Shown here: piece by piece, positions 49,911-60,558 of the stretch | How the letters are laid out: the number at the start of each line of letters is the position of its first letter | How positions within the stretch are numbered: position 1 is the stretch's first letter | NCBI GenBank assembly: GCA_002691145.1 | Contig: NZHE01000006.1 | Location: 2,564 to 66,563 of the forward strand | Source of the DNA: Rickettsiales bacterium | GTDB taxonomy: Bacteria > Pseudomonadota > Alphaproteobacteria > Methylaequorales > Methylaequoraceae | DNA: 64,000 nt | Reading direction: 5' to 3' | Notes under the pieces: model-generated | Told to the model about the DNA's origin: nothing | Databases searched by the model: none | The model's input: the letters and a program-made list of their open reading frames with translations, nothing else | Program-made: the position numbers and the translations under genes

Positions 49911-51107
49911 ATGAAGAATAAAAAAGTATATTTTGAAATTTGTATTATTGGCTCTGGATTAATAGGTCTTGTAATGGCCTTGATGTTGTCTAAATTGAAT
50001 TTGAAAATTTTATTAATTGATAAGACCAATGTTCTTAACAAAAAGAAGAAACATTGCGATGGTAGAACAACAGCTATTTCTCAAGGCACAAAAAGAATAT
50101 TTGATTCACTTGGATTTTGGAAACGTTTAGAGTTGTTTGCACAACCTATAAAAAAAATTTTAGTTTACGACGAAATAAGTGAATCTCTTGAATTTGATTC
50201 AAAGATGCTAGATGAAGGACCACTCGGATATATAATACAGAATAATATTTTGAAACAATCACTTTTAGAAGAGGCCTTAAGAAGCAAAAATATTGATTTT
50301 TTAGAAAATACAGAAGTAATTAATATTAATTTTTATGATGAAAAAAATAAAGTTGAAGTAATTACTGAAAAAAGAAAAATTACTTCTAAACTTGTAATCG
50401 GTTGTGATGGAAGAAATTCAAAATCTCGTTATTTTTCTAATTTAAAAAGCTTTGAATACAAATATTTGCAGAACGCTTATGTATTTAATATTTCCCATGA
50501 AAAAGATCATTTTGGTGTCGCATTAGAACGTTTCTTTCCAGCTGGACCGCTTGCGATCCTCCCAATGAAAAGCTCAAAAAAGAACAGCTTTAATTCCTCA
50601 GTGGTTTGGACTGTAGATTATGAATTAGGCGATTTTTCAAAATTAACAAAGAATGAATTTAAATTAGAATTTTTAAATAGATATCAAAATTTTTTAGGTA
50701 ATATTATGAATATAACTGACCCTAATGTTTATCCTCTAAATGTAAAATATAGCTATCGATGTTTTAGAAATAATTTCGTACTAATTGGTGATGCTTCTCA
50801 AGCAATTCATCCAATAGCAGGTCAGGGATTTAATTTAGGAGTAAGGGACTGTGACATTTTATTGAAAAATATTAATCAAGCTATGCTTATGAAGAAGGAA
50901 ATAGGTTCTTTAGAAGTATTATCTAAATTTTCAAGACAACGTTCAGTCGATAGAAAGTTATTTATAAACGCAACCCATAATTTGAATTTATTTTTTTCTA
51001 ATAATAATAAATTCCTGAAAGGCTTCAGAAAAATGGGAATCAGTATTTTACAGAATTCAAAATTTATTAAAAATCAATTAATGATGGTAGCGATGGGTTT
51101 AAAATAA
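49911..51107 (+). CDS. UbiH/UbiF/Coq6-family FAD-dependent ubiquinone biosynthesis hydroxylase
   Basis: ICIIGSGLIGLVMA FAD motif and GDASQAIHPIAGQGFNLGVRD. Confidence 0.88.
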   Translation: MKNKKVYFEICIIGSGLIGLVMALMLSKLNLKILLIDKTNVLNKKKKHCDGRTTAISQGTKRIFDSLGFWKRLELFAQPIKKILVYDEISESLEFDSKMLDEGPLGYIIQNNILKQSLLEEALRSKNIDFLENTEVININFYDEKNKVEVITEKRKITSKLVIGCDGRNSKSRYFSNLKSFEYKYLQNAYVFNISHEKDHFGVALERFFPAGPLAILPMKSSKKNSFNSSVVWTVDYELGDFSKLTKNEFKLEFLNRYQNFLGNIMNITDPNVYPLNVKYSYRCFRNNFVLIGDASQAIHPIAGQGFNLGVRDCDILLKNINQAMLMKKEIGSLEVLSKFSRQRSVDRKLFINATHNLNLFFSNNNKFLKGFRKMGISILQNSKFIKNQLMMVAMGLK

Positions 51108-51392
51108 TTAAGCGATTTTTGAGAGTTTATAAATATATTCCCAACTAAATATACCAGTGCTGTGTCCATCACTAAATATTATCCTCAGCGCATAATTACC
51201 AACTTTTTCAATCTTGTTAATTTTAACATTGATAAATTTTTGAGGATTCGGTTTCATAGCACTATTTTTATTTTCAGCTGATGGGCTAGCTGCTCTTAAA
51301 AAACTACCATTGAGCAATAGACATTGTCCATTTTCATAATAAAATTGTAATTGATTTTTTGGTTTTAAAAGCTTAATTTTTTCAGGAATCAT
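51108..51392 (-). CDS. DUF971-family protein
   Basis: 94 aa, FSDGHSTGIFSWEYIY C-terminal pattern. Confidence 0.7.
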   Translation of the reverse strand: MIPEKIKLLKPKNQLQFYYENGQCLLLNGSFLRAASPSAENKNSAMKPNPQKFINVKINKIEKVGNYALRIIFSDGHSTGIFSWEYIYKLSKIA

Positions 51393-51400
51393 AAGAAAAA

Positions 51401-52075
51401 TTAAGATAGAGATTTTGATTGGAAAGATTTATTTTCACTTATACTCATATCTAACAAAGATATAAGAACATCTAATCTATCTTCAATAGATAAAGCCTCA
51501 AGAAGAGCTTGTTTTTCAATGCTTGAAAAAGGACATCCCATCGATATTGAATTTAATAAATCTTCATCGCTTGATGCTTCAATTGCTTGCCAATCGGCTT
51601 TTATATTTATTTTTTTCAAATAAAGCTTCAATTTTTCCTCAAACTTTAATCTTTTTCCTGATAATGAAGTCTTATATTCTTTTAAATCATTTTTAAAACT
51701 TTCCCATTTAACGGACGCGGTCCTAAACCCATTGACCAGTTCAAGCTCTTTTCTAATAGAGAATCTGCAAATTCCCTTTAGAACAATTTCGTATCTATTG
51801 TCATTAGTTTGATTAAAAGCGATTATTTGACCAACACATCCAATACTATGTATCTCAGGTTGCTCATGTTGTTTAGTTAATTCTTCTTTTGGTTGTATCA
51901 TTCCAATTAATCTGTCTTTAAGCAGTGCGTAATCAAACATATGTAAGTATCTATTTTCAAATAGATTCAATGGCAAATTAGATTTTGGTAAGAGCAAGCA
52001 ATTTCTTAGAGGAAAAATAGGTATTGTGCTTGGTAAATCGTTTAATTTTTTCTCAAAACTATAATTCTTAAACAT
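51401..52075 (-). CDS. LON N-terminal (substrate-binding) domain protein
   Basis: IPIFPLRNCLLLPKSNLPLNLFENRYLHMF is typical of stand-alone Lon N-domain proteins. Confidence 0.8.
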   Translation of the reverse strand: MFKNYSFEKKLNDLPSTIPIFPLRNCLLLPKSNLPLNLFENRYLHMFDYALLKDRLIGMIQPKEELTKQHEQPEIHSIGCVGQIIAFNQTNDNRYEIVLKGICRFSIRKELELVNGFRTASVKWESFKNDLKEYKTSLSGKRLKFEEKLKLYLKKINIKADWQAIEASSDEDLLNSISMGCPFSSIEKQALLEALSIEDRLDVLISLLDMSISENKSFQSKSLS

Positions 52076-52186
52076 ATTAAAATCTTAAATAAGGTATTAT
52101 TACTATAAATAGAGAATTAATAATGAATATTAAAGTTTTTTTGTAAATATTGAAAATAAAAATATTTAATATATATTAGAAATCAC

Positions 52187-52261
52187 GCGGGAATAGCTCA
52201 GTGGTAGAGCATCACGTTGCCAACGTGAGGGTCGCGAGTTCGAATCTCGTTTCCCGCTCCA
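52187..52261 (+). tRNA. tRNA-Gly (anticodon GCC), CCA encoded
   Basis: Cloverleaf by hand: acceptor GCGGGAA/TTCCCGC, D arm GCTC-AGTGGTA-GAGC, anticodon arm TCACG-TTGCCAA-CGTGA, T arm GCGAG-TTCGAAT-CTCGT, discriminator T, CCA. Confidence 0.95.
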
Positions 52262-52350
52262 ATTTAAGTTTTTTGATAATTGAGTAAATATTCATCGTCA
52301 AGTAATCAATTTTACCTTAAAGTATCCAGATTGAAATGTTAGCTTAAATT

Positions 52351-53634
52351 ATGATTAATTTTACTAAAATATTGAGACACGAATATTACGATAAACTTTT
52401 TTTATCTTTTTTTTTTGTTTCAGTAGCAAAACTAATATCCTTCATTAAAGAAATTGTTCTTGCAAGAGAATATGGAACAAATTTTGAACTTGAAAGCTTT
52501 CTTTTTTTATTCAATGTTTTAAACTTAATTGGCGGTATATTTTTATATTCAATTACTTTTTATATAGTTCCAATTCTTCAAAAAAAGAAACAAAAAGATT
52601 CGCTAATCTTTAAGAAACAGATTCTGATATTTTTCTTCAAGATAGGTTGTTTCCTCTCATTTATTTTATTTTTTTTATACTTCTTTGGTTTAGAGAATAA
52701 TCTTTTCAGTTTAAATAGTAATGTACTATCTATTTGCCGAGAGAATTTCTATTATTTCATTTATATTTTTCCTTTTTGGATTTTAACTTTTGTTTTAACT
52801 TCTTTTTTAATTAGCAAAGAAAATCAGATAGGTTCATTTTTTGAATCATTTCCAAGTCTGATGACTCTTATATTTCTTATATTTTTTGCAAGTAACTTTC
52901 AAACTTTGATGTTGGGCCTCATTGTAGGAATTGTTATTCAGCTATTTTTTCTCTTTATACAAAACAAAGAAAACTTTATACTTTTTAAAGTTGAAAGTTT
53001 AAATTCTAGTTCTTTTTCATACAAAGCAATTTATTTAATTATTTTTATTCAATTATTAATGGGAACCCATTATTTAGTGGATCATTTTATTGTTTCTTCA
53101 CTATCAGATTCGGCTTTAGCAGAATATAATTATGCATATAAGACATTTTCTTTTTTTGTATCTTTTGGAACATTAGTTATATCTAGAACATTGTTGCCCA
53201 TATTTTCGAATGTGAAAAGCAGGTTTAATAATTTTAAATCCCTGATTAAACAAACAGATATATGTTTCTTTATTTTTGCAATTATCTCTATTCCTTTATT
53301 CTTTTTTGCAAAAGAGGTTATCTCATTCATCTTTGAAAGAGGTCTGTTTACCGAAGATGACACAATTAATGTTACAAAGATTTTCGAAATATATATCTTA
53401 ATACTACCATTTTTCATGAGCTACATATTAATGATTACATTTCTTTATGCTCAAAAAATTTATAAAACGATCATAATATTCTGCATAATTTTTTTAACAA
53501 TTAAGATTTTGATCCTATATCTATTTTTTGTAGAAAGTAAAATTATAATTCTTCCAATAAGCTCATTAATAGCTAGTTTGTCCGGCTTTTTGTATTTATA
53601 CTTTTATTTTATTAATAGAGAAAAAAAATTATAA
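52351..53634 (+). CDS. MurJ/MviN-like (MOP superfamily) flippase, short form
   Basis: About 12 TM segments. The N-terminus AKLISFIKEIVLAREYGTNFELESFLFLFNV parallels the MurJ N-terminal motif. It is 427 aa, versus about 510 for canonical MurJ. Confidence 0.55.
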   Translation: MINFTKILRHEYYDKLFLSFFFVSVAKLISFIKEIVLAREYGTNFELESFLFLFNVLNLIGGIFLYSITFYIVPILQKKKQKDSLIFKKQILIFFFKIGCFLSFILFFLYFFGLENNLFSLNSNVLSICRENFYYFIYIFPFWILTFVLTSFLISKENQIGSFFESFPSLMTLIFLIFFASNFQTLMLGLIVGIVIQLFFLFIQNKENFILFKVESLNSSSFSYKAIYLIIFIQLLMGTHYLVDHFIVSSLSDSALAEYNYAYKTFSFFVSFGTLVISRTLLPIFSNVKSRFNNFKSLIKQTDICFFIFAIISIPLFFFAKEVISFIFERGLFTEDDTINVTKIFEIYILILPFFMSYILMITFLYAQKIYKTIIIFCIIFLTIKILILYLFFVESKIIILPISSLIASLSGFLYLYFYFINREKKL

Positions 53635-53663
53635 GCATTTAAAATAATTCAGATTGATAAAAA

Positions 53664-54884
53664 ATGAATAGGACTAAATCTTGGTACTTATTTGATTTTG
53701 GATTGTCAAGTTATCCAACAATAATTTTGACTTTTTTTTATGGGTCTTTCTTTGTAAACTATATTGCTGATGATTCAACTGTAGGGTCTTATTACTGGGG
53801 GTTTACAGTTTCAATTAGTGGTTTTGTTACTATAATCATATTTTCACTAATCTTTTTCTTTAGTAAAATAAACAAGATAAGTAACACTTTTTTTCATTTT
53901 TCTTTAATAATTTTAATATCAAGTTCATTTTCTTTATGTTTTTTTGATAGAGGTGTTTCCTTGATGATACCTTTATTTTTTATCTTTATATCTTTTATTT
54001 TCTTTGAAATCTTAACATTGTTTTACAACTTTACACTTACCAAAGTTTCTAATATTAAAAATATTGGACGTATATCAAACAAGGGATGGTCCTTTGGCTA
54101 CTTGGGAGGTTTGATTTCCTTAGCGATTGTTTTATTGATTGTGGAGTTTTTTCCAACTTTTTTTTTCTTGAATAATTCTTCAAAAATTTTCCTCTTAGTA
54201 GGACCTATTGTTTCTATCTGGATTTTATTCTTTTGTTATCCGCTAATCTTTAGTTTTAAAAAAGAAAATTTTGAGATTTTAAAAAAACAACAGATTGATA
54301 CTCATATTTTTAATAATCAAAGCTTAAAGTATTTTATTATATGTTATTTAGTCTACAATAGTGGGGTTGTCAGTCTTTTTTACTTTGCTGGTATTTATGC
54401 TTCAAACATTCATCACCTCAAAGAGCCTGATATTTTGCTACTGGGTATTTTGATAAACTTATTTGGAATTATGGGGTGTATTTCCTTTTCATTTATTGAT
54501 GATAAAATTGGGTCATACAGGAGTATTTTTTTGTGTCTTCTATTTCTTTTTGGTTTTACTATATTGATGTTCTTAAATAGTTCTAAAATTATCTTTTGGT
54601 TTTCTGCGCTTGCGATAGGATTTTTTATTGGGCCAATTCAGGCTTCAAGTAGATCTTTTTTATCTAATCTAATAAATAGCAATGAGCAAATAAGTATTTT
54701 TGCTTTGTACTCAATATTAGGAAATATAAATTCGTTGATTGGACCTTTTTTTATAAGTCAGGTTATATATTGGACGGGGTCATTTAGGTTTGGAATGTTT
54801 ATGATTCCGACTTATTTTTTTCTAGGATTATCATTAATGTATTATTTACTAGTGCTTAAAATGTCTAACTCCAGAAAAGACTAA
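53664..54884 (+). CDS. MFS transporter, UMF1 (Atg22-like) family
   Basis: WYLFDFGLSSYPTIILTFFYGSFF N-terminal pattern. About 12 TM segments. Confidence 0.65.
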   Translation: MNRTKSWYLFDFGLSSYPTIILTFFYGSFFVNYIADDSTVGSYYWGFTVSISGFVTIIIFSLIFFFSKINKISNTFFHFSLIILISSSFSLCFFDRGVSLMIPLFFIFISFIFFEILTLFYNFTLTKVSNIKNIGRISNKGWSFGYLGGLISLAIVLLIVEFFPTFFFLNNSSKIFLLVGPIVSIWILFFCYPLIFSFKKENFEILKKQQIDTHIFNNQSLKYFIICYLVYNSGVVSLFYFAGIYASNIHHLKEPDILLLGILINLFGIMGCISFSFIDDKIGSYRSIFLCLLFLFGFTILMFLNSSKIIFWFSALAIGFFIGPIQASSRSFLSNLINSNEQISIFALYSILGNINSLIGPFFISQVIYWTGSFRFGMFMIPTYFFLGLSLMYYLLVLKMSNSRKD

Positions 54885-56399
54885 GTTAATTTTATTTTTT
54901 TTTGCTTCCAGTATCACCTTTTTGTCATTAATTGAACCTCCTGGCTGAATTATGGAAGAGATGTTATGTTTCACGCAAAGCTGGATTATATCTGGGAATG
55001 GGAAAAAGCCGTCAGATGCAAGGACGACATCTTTCTGATTATCAAAATTTGTTAGGAGATTATGAATGGCAATTTTTGCTGAAGCAATTCTGTTGGTTTG
55101 TCCCACTCCTATACCTAAAGTTGATTGATTTTTTGCTAATACTATAGCATTTGAAGTTACATATTTAGCAACTGAATTGGCAAAGATTAAGTCATTTAAC
55201 TGTCTAATCGGAATTTCTTGAGAAGTTTTAAATATTAAGTCATCTTTTTTCAAGATTTTACTATCTTTGCTTTGTATCAATAAATAATTATTAGTTGTCT
55301 TAATCGTATATTTTGGATTAGCTAATTTAAAATCACTAATCACTAATATTAGATTTTTCTTACTTTTTATTAAAAGATTTTTAGCCTGTTGGGTAAACGA
55401 GGGGGCAATGATTACCTCAACAAAGTTTTTTAAAATTTCTTGTGCTGTTTCCAGTAAAACTTCACTATTAAATGCAATTACCCCACCAAACGCACTAATA
55501 GGATCGCATCTTAGAGCATCGATATAAGCGTCTTTTTGCTCTTTATTGATTGACACACCGCAGGGATTTGCGTGTTTTAGAATAACACAACTTTGTTTTT
55601 TTCTTAATTCAATAACAAGTGATATACAGTTTTCTATGTCTACTATATTATTATAGGATAATTCCTTTCCAGATATTTGAACAAAGGGATTTTTCCCCCA
55701 TTTAAATAGGGAAGATTTTTGATGAGGATTTTCTCCATATCTGAGTTGTTTTATTTTTTTGAGATAAAGACTTGATGAGCTAAAAATATCTTGATCGCTA
55801 TTTTCTAAAAACCAGTTAGAAATTGTAGCTTCATAAAATGATGAAGTCTTGAAAGCATCAATGGCTAATTTTTTTCGCATCTCTAATGAGAGGCCGTTTT
55901 TTTTCTTATAATTATTAACAAATTGTTCGTATTGAGCTGGATCGGATAAAATAACGACATTTTCAAAATTTTTTGCTGCCGCTCTAATCATGGTAGAGCC
56001 TCCTATGTCAATATTTTCAATACATTTTTCAAACTTATTCTTAGTATTATTAATTGTTTCTTCAAAAGGGTATAGATTTACAATAACCAAATCAAAAAAT
56101 ATAAGTCCGTTATCTTTAATTTCTTTTTTATCTCTACTTTTATTTTTCCTAGCAAGTATACCAGAATGAATAGCAGGGTGGAGAGTTTTTACTCTACCAT
56201 CTAGAATTTCATTAAATCCAGTTAACTTTGAAATTTCATAAAGTTTAATGCCAGAATTAACAGACTTCAGATATTTGAAGCTTCCTCCCGTAGAAAATAT
56301 ATTTATCTTATATTTTAAAAAAAATGGTATTAATTTTTCCAAATTTTTTTTATCTGATACAGAAACTATCGCATTTTTTATAAAAAGTTTTTCATTCAT
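54849..56399 (-). CDS. purH: bifunctional AICAR transformylase / IMP cyclohydrolase
   Basis: AIVSVSDK, GGSTMIRAAAKN, IIQPGGSINDKKV, RHFKH C-terminus. Confidence 0.97.
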   Translation of the reverse strand: MNEKLFIKNAIVSVSDKKNLEKLIPFFLKYKINIFSTGGSFKYLKSVNSGIKLYEISKLTGFNEILDGRVKTLHPAIHSGILARKNKSRDKKEIKDNGLIFFDLVIVNLYPFEETINNTKNKFEKCIENIDIGGSTMIRAAAKNFENVVILSDPAQYEQFVNNYKKKNGLSLEMRKKLAIDAFKTSSFYEATISNWFLENSDQDIFSSSSLYLKKIKQLRYGENPHQKSSLFKWGKNPFVQISGKELSYNNIVDIENCISLVIELRKKQSCVILKHANPCGVSINKEQKDAYIDALRCDPISAFGGVIAFNSEVLLETAQEILKNFVEVIIAPSFTQQAKNLLIKSKKNLILVISDFKLANPKYTIKTTNNYLLIQSKDSKILKKDDLIFKTSQEIPIRQLNDLIFANSVAKYVTSNAIVLAKNQSTLGIGVGQTNRIASAKIAIHNLLTNFDNQKDVVLASDGFFPFPDIIQLCVKHNISSIIQPGGSINDKKVILEAKKNKINLVFSGVRHFKH

Positions 56400-58234
56400 T
56401 ATTTTTGAAACTCAGGTAAATTTTTTTCCATCGAACTAATCGTTTTTGAGTGACTATTGTTATTTATACAGTTTACTAATTCCTCAATATTACTTTTTTT
56501 CAATTTAAAAAGTCTAGAATTTGTTTGCAGTATACCCGAGATACAAGTTTTTTGTATAACTTCTCTCTCATAGAAAAGTTCTTCATTTAGTTTTTCACCA
56601 TCTCTAAGCTTAGTATATCTAATTTTAATCTTATTTTTATTCGAGTGCTGTGATAATTTTATCATTCTAAGTGCAAGATCTTTAATTTTAATAGGTTTTC
56701 CCATTTCAAGAATAATTATTGTACCATTATTTTTTGACTTTATTTGGGACGAGATTATAACTAATTCAACTGCCTCACGAATTGTCATAAAGTATCTAGA
56801 AACCTCAGGATGTGTTACTGTAATGGGTCCTCCTCGCTCTATTTGTTTTTCAAACAAAGGAACTACAGAGCCTGTAGAACCTAATACATTTCCAAATCTA
56901 ACAATTTTAAAATCTGTTTTTGCGTTTTTACTAATCATTTGTAAGTATTTTTCACATAATCTTTTAGTTGCTCCCATTATATTACTTGGGTTTACGGCCT
57001 TATCTGTAGAAATAAAAATCATTTTTGGAATTGACTTTTCAATAGACAATCTAGCTAAGTTTACAGTTCCTAAAAAATTAGTTTTAAGAGCTTCAATGGG
57101 ATCTTTCTCAACGAAAGTGATATGTTTTAGTGCGGCAGTATGGAAAATTACATCTGGCTTTTCAGACGAGATAATTGTTTCTAGCTTTTGAAAATCCCGA
57201 ACATCACCGATAATACTCTTATGTTTAATTTCACTAATTTTTTGAGTCACTTTATATAAATTAAATTCACTTTGTTCAAATAAAATTAAAAGCTTAGGTT
57301 TGAGTTTAGAAATCTGAATTGATAATTCAGAGCCAATACTACCGCCTGCTCCAGTCACTAACACTTTTTTATTTTCTAGATTTTCAAGAAGTGAAGAATT
57401 ATGGATTTTTTGTTGTCTTCCAAGAACATCTTCTATTTCTATGGGCTGGGTTTTAAATCTGTCTTTTGTTTTTACTGATAAGTCTGTCATTCTGGGTAAC
57501 TGTCCTATAGCTAAGCCGTTTTTTTTTGCAAATATGAATAAAGATTCAATATACTTCTCTGGGAGACTATGCTCGGTAATTATAATTCTTTGAGGTTTGG
57601 TTGCTTTTTCCACTTTGTAAAAGCTGAAAGCTTTTTCTAAGTCATCAATTCTTCCAATAATTCTTACTCCATGAATGCTTCTCCCTATAGATTTACTCTT
57701 CAACCCAATAATTCCTATGACTGTAAATGGCGATTCTTTTTCGCTATTAGAAGCCCGAATAAATAATTCATTACTAGAATTTTCTCCGACAATAATAACG
57801 GGAATCTTAGTCTCTTTGGTCTCGGATTTGGAATTTTCTAATCTATTTTTAATTAATCTATATAAGACTCTTGGCCCGGAAACTCCTAATAAAGAAACTA
57901 TGAATAGTAAAATTGGAAATGAGCGTGGAATGTTCTCTAGTCTTATTGTAAAAAATAATATGGCCAAGATTGTAAGGCATGAGATAATTAAACTTTTTAT
58001 TATTGATAAAAATTCTTCTATAGAAGCGTATCTCCAGATACCTCTATATAAATTAAATCTTCCTAGCAAAAATATGTTAAGTAAAGAAAAAATAACTACA
58101 TATTTCCACAAGAAAATAATTAATATAAAGCTAGCATCTTCTAGACGAAGCCATAAAGCTATAAAAAAGGCGAGCCCCAAGATAAGAAAATCATGAATTA
58201 TTGTTAGTAGAATCTTTTTATTTCTAAAAATCAT
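56399..58234 (-). CDS. CapD/WbpM/PglF-like membrane-anchored nucleotide-sugar 4,6-dehydratase
   Basis: N-terminal TM segments followed by an SDR domain VLVTGAGGSIGSEL. 611 aa. Confidence 0.85.
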   Translation of the reverse strand: MIFRNKKILLTIIHDFLILGLAFFIALWLRLEDASFILIIFLWKYVVIFSLLNIFLLGRFNLYRGIWRYASIEEFLSIIKSLIISCLTILAILFFTIRLENIPRSFPILLFIVSLLGVSGPRVLYRLIKNRLENSKSETKETKIPVIIVGENSSNELFIRASNSEKESPFTVIGIIGLKSKSIGRSIHGVRIIGRIDDLEKAFSFYKVEKATKPQRIIITEHSLPEKYIESLFIFAKKNGLAIGQLPRMTDLSVKTKDRFKTQPIEIEDVLGRQQKIHNSSLLENLENKKVLVTGAGGSIGSELSIQISKLKPKLLILFEQSEFNLYKVTQKISEIKHKSIIGDVRDFQKLETIISSEKPDVIFHTAALKHITFVEKDPIEALKTNFLGTVNLARLSIEKSIPKMIFISTDKAVNPSNIMGATKRLCEKYLQMISKNAKTDFKIVRFGNVLGSTGSVVPLFEKQIERGGPITVTHPEVSRYFMTIREAVELVIISSQIKSKNNGTIIILEMGKPIKIKDLALRMIKLSQHSNKNKIKIRYTKLRDGEKLNEELFYEREVIQKTCISGILQTNSRLFKLKKSNIEELVNCINNNSHSKTISSMEKNLPEFQK

Positions 58235-59262
58235 TTTTTACTCTTATTAAGCCACATCAATACAGTAAATATAGTTGTACAAGAAAACATAATACTAAGA
58301 ATTGGAAATTGTAAATATAATAACGAAGAAAAAACTAACAAAATGTTTACAATAAAAATTTTTTTAAGTACCTCTTTATGATTATAACCATGTCTAATTT
58401 TATTTTGATAAAAATGTCCACTATGAGCTTTAAAAATATTCTTTTTTTTTATTAACCTTTTAAGCAAAGTAATTGTAGAGTCCGATATATGAAATAAAAT
58501 TAACAAAACTAAAGGCATGAAATTATTATTTTCTAAAAAGTTATAGATTATTAAAGACGAAATCACAAAACCTATTGGAATGGAACCAACATCTCCAAGA
58601 AAAATCTTTGCAGGTGGTTTGTTCCAGATAAAAAATCCTAGGGAAGCTGAGAGTAAAATTAATCCGATATATGTTTCATCTGTTGATAAATATCCTAAAA
58701 TGGATAATATTATCATACCAATCGAAAATGTTGAAACCTGGCATGATGTTAAGCCATCCATGCCATCCATAAAGTTAAACAGATTGACTAACCATAACCA
58801 AGAAATAGCAACCAAGAATTTTAAAAAAATTTCTATAAAATATTGACCTTTAATAAAATTATTTAATAAGATGATATTTCCTGAAAATTCTGAAATGTTG
58901 CTACCAAAGACCTCAAGTCCAAAAACGACACACAACGTTTGAATTACGATTCTAGGAAAGATTGGAAGATTGTAGAGATCATCAAACAAACATGTAAAAA
59001 ACAGTATTATTGTTATTAGACTTATATGAAACCATGGATAAAATCCTATGTATCCAAATTTAATATATAAAAAAATTGATATTAGAATACTTGGCACCAC
59101 AATGACTCCAGCACAATTTGGTATTGGGGACTTATGGTTGCTTCTGAAATTAGGAAAGTCTAAAATTTCCCTTTTTTTTAAAAAAATTATCAAATATCTC
59201 AAAAGCAATGCTATAAAGGCAAAAAGAAATAATGGAAAAAAAAAAGACAATGAAGAATCCAT
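58231..59262 (-). CDS. GT4-family polyprenyl-phosphate N-acetylhexosamine-1-phosphate transferase (WecA/WbpL-like)
   Basis: MraY/WecA-family motif NLFNFMDGMDGL. About 10 TM segments. 343 aa. Confidence 0.85.
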   Translation of the reverse strand: MDSSLSFFFPLFLFAFIALLLRYLIIFLKKREILDFPNFRSNHKSPIPNCAGVIVVPSILISIFLYIKFGYIGFYPWFHISLITIILFFTCLFDDLYNLPIFPRIVIQTLCVVFGLEVFGSNISEFSGNIILLNNFIKGQYFIEIFLKFLVAISWLWLVNLFNFMDGMDGLTSCQVSTFSIGMIILSILGYLSTDETYIGLILLSASLGFFIWNKPPAKIFLGDVGSIPIGFVISSLIIYNFLENNNFMPLVLLILFHISDSTITLLKRLIKKKNIFKAHSGHFYQNKIRHGYNHKEVLKKIFIVNILLVFSSLLYLQFPILSIMFSCTTIFTVLMWLNKSKK

Positions 59263-59292
59263 AAATTTAAATTTGATTAATCAAAAATATAC

Positions 59293-60558
59293 ATGAAAAT
59301 AAAAAAAATTGCCATAATTGGATTAGGTTATGTTGGCTTGCCATTAGCGGTCAAATTATCAAAGTATTTTGATGTACTTGGTTTTGACTTAAACAATAAA
59401 AGAGTTAATGAAATAAATAACGGAAATGATTCAACAAAAGAGGTATCTTGTAAAGAACTCAACCAATCGTTGAATGGTTCACTAAAAGTTTCCGATCACA
59501 AAAATGACCTTAAAAGTTGTAACATATTCATTGTTACTGTGCCAACACCAGTTACAGAAAAAAAAAAACCAGACTTTAAACCATTACTAATTGCTTGCAG
59601 AATGATAGCAAAATTTATGGAAAAAAAATCTATTATAGTTTTTGAAAGCACTGTATACCCAGGAGCTACAGAAGAGATCTGCGGAAAAGAAATTGAACGT
59701 ATCTCTAAACTAAAATTACATATTGATTTCTATATTGGTTATTCGCCTGAGAGAGTAAACCCAGGTGATAAATTTCATACAATAGATAAAATTACAAAGG
59801 TTATTTCAGCAGATACTAAGAAAGTTGAGAAGATTTTATTTGAGGTATATTCTAAATTGACATCTGGAAATATATTTGTAGCAAAAAATATCAAAGTTGC
59901 AGAGGCATCTAAAGTTATAGAAAATTCACAAAGAGATATCAATATTGCTTTCATGAACGAGATAGCAAAAATTTGTCAAAAACTAGATATAAGTGTACAT
60001 GATGTTCTTGACGCATCAAAAACTAAATGGAATTTTTTATCATTTTACCCAGGATTGGTTGGAGGACATTGCATTGGTGTTGACCCATTTTATCTGGCAA
60101 CCAAAGCTAAAGAGGTCGGTATTGAACCAAAAGTAATTCTTTCAGGTAGGAAAACAAATGACGAAATGAGTTACTTTGTAGCTAGCTTGATAAACAAAAA
60201 TCTAAAGAATAAATCAAATATTTTAATACTTGGACTTACATTCAAAGAAAATGTCCCAGACTTAAGAAACTCAAAAGTTTTTGACTTAATTCATTTTTTT
60301 GCACTTAAGGATCATAAAATCTCCGTATATGATCCTTATATAAAAGAATATGAATCAAGAGAATTTAAATTTAAAGAGTTAGGTAAGATAAAAAAAGAAA
60401 AATTTGACTCCATTATTTTGGCTGTTTCTCACAAAACGTTTAATAAGTTAGAAACCAAAACTATAAATAACATGTTAACTAAAAGAGGCTTTATTTTCGA
60501 TGTGGTTGGATTTTGGAGAAATAGAAAAAATAAATTTAGAAATTATTTATCCTTGTAA
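59293..60558 (+). CDS. nucleotide-sugar dehydrogenase (UDP-GlcNAc/GalNAc/ManNAc dehydrogenase-like, WbpO/TviB/Cap5O type)
   Basis: IAIIGLGYVGLPLA Rossmann motif and catalytic GGHCIGVDP. Confidence 0.88.
   Translation: MKIKKIAIIGLGYVGLPLAVKLSKYFDVLGFDLNNKRVNEINNGNDSTKEVSCKELNQSLNGSLKVSDHKNDLKSCNIFIVTVPTPVTEKKKPDFKPLLIACRMIAKFMEKKSIIVFESTVYPGATEEICGKEIERISKLKLHIDFYIGYSPERVNPGDKFHTIDKITKVISADTKKVEKILFEVYSKLTSGNIFVAKNIKVAEASKVIENSQRDINIAFMNEIAKICQKLDISVHDVLDASKTKWNFLSFYPGLVGGHCIGVDPFYLATKAKEVGIEPKVILSGRKTNDEMSYFVASLINKNLKNKSNILILGLTFKENVPDLRNSKVFDLIHFFALKDHKISVYDPYIKEYESREFKFKELGKIKKEKFDSIILAVSHKTFNKLETKTINNMLTKRGFIFDVVGFWRNRKNKFRNYLSL

Noticed and set aside
54967-54982. parS-like half site TGTTTCACGCAAAGCT inside purH.
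   Set aside because: Only the left arm matches (about 12/16) and it is not palindromic. It is unlikely to be a functional ParB site without experimental support.
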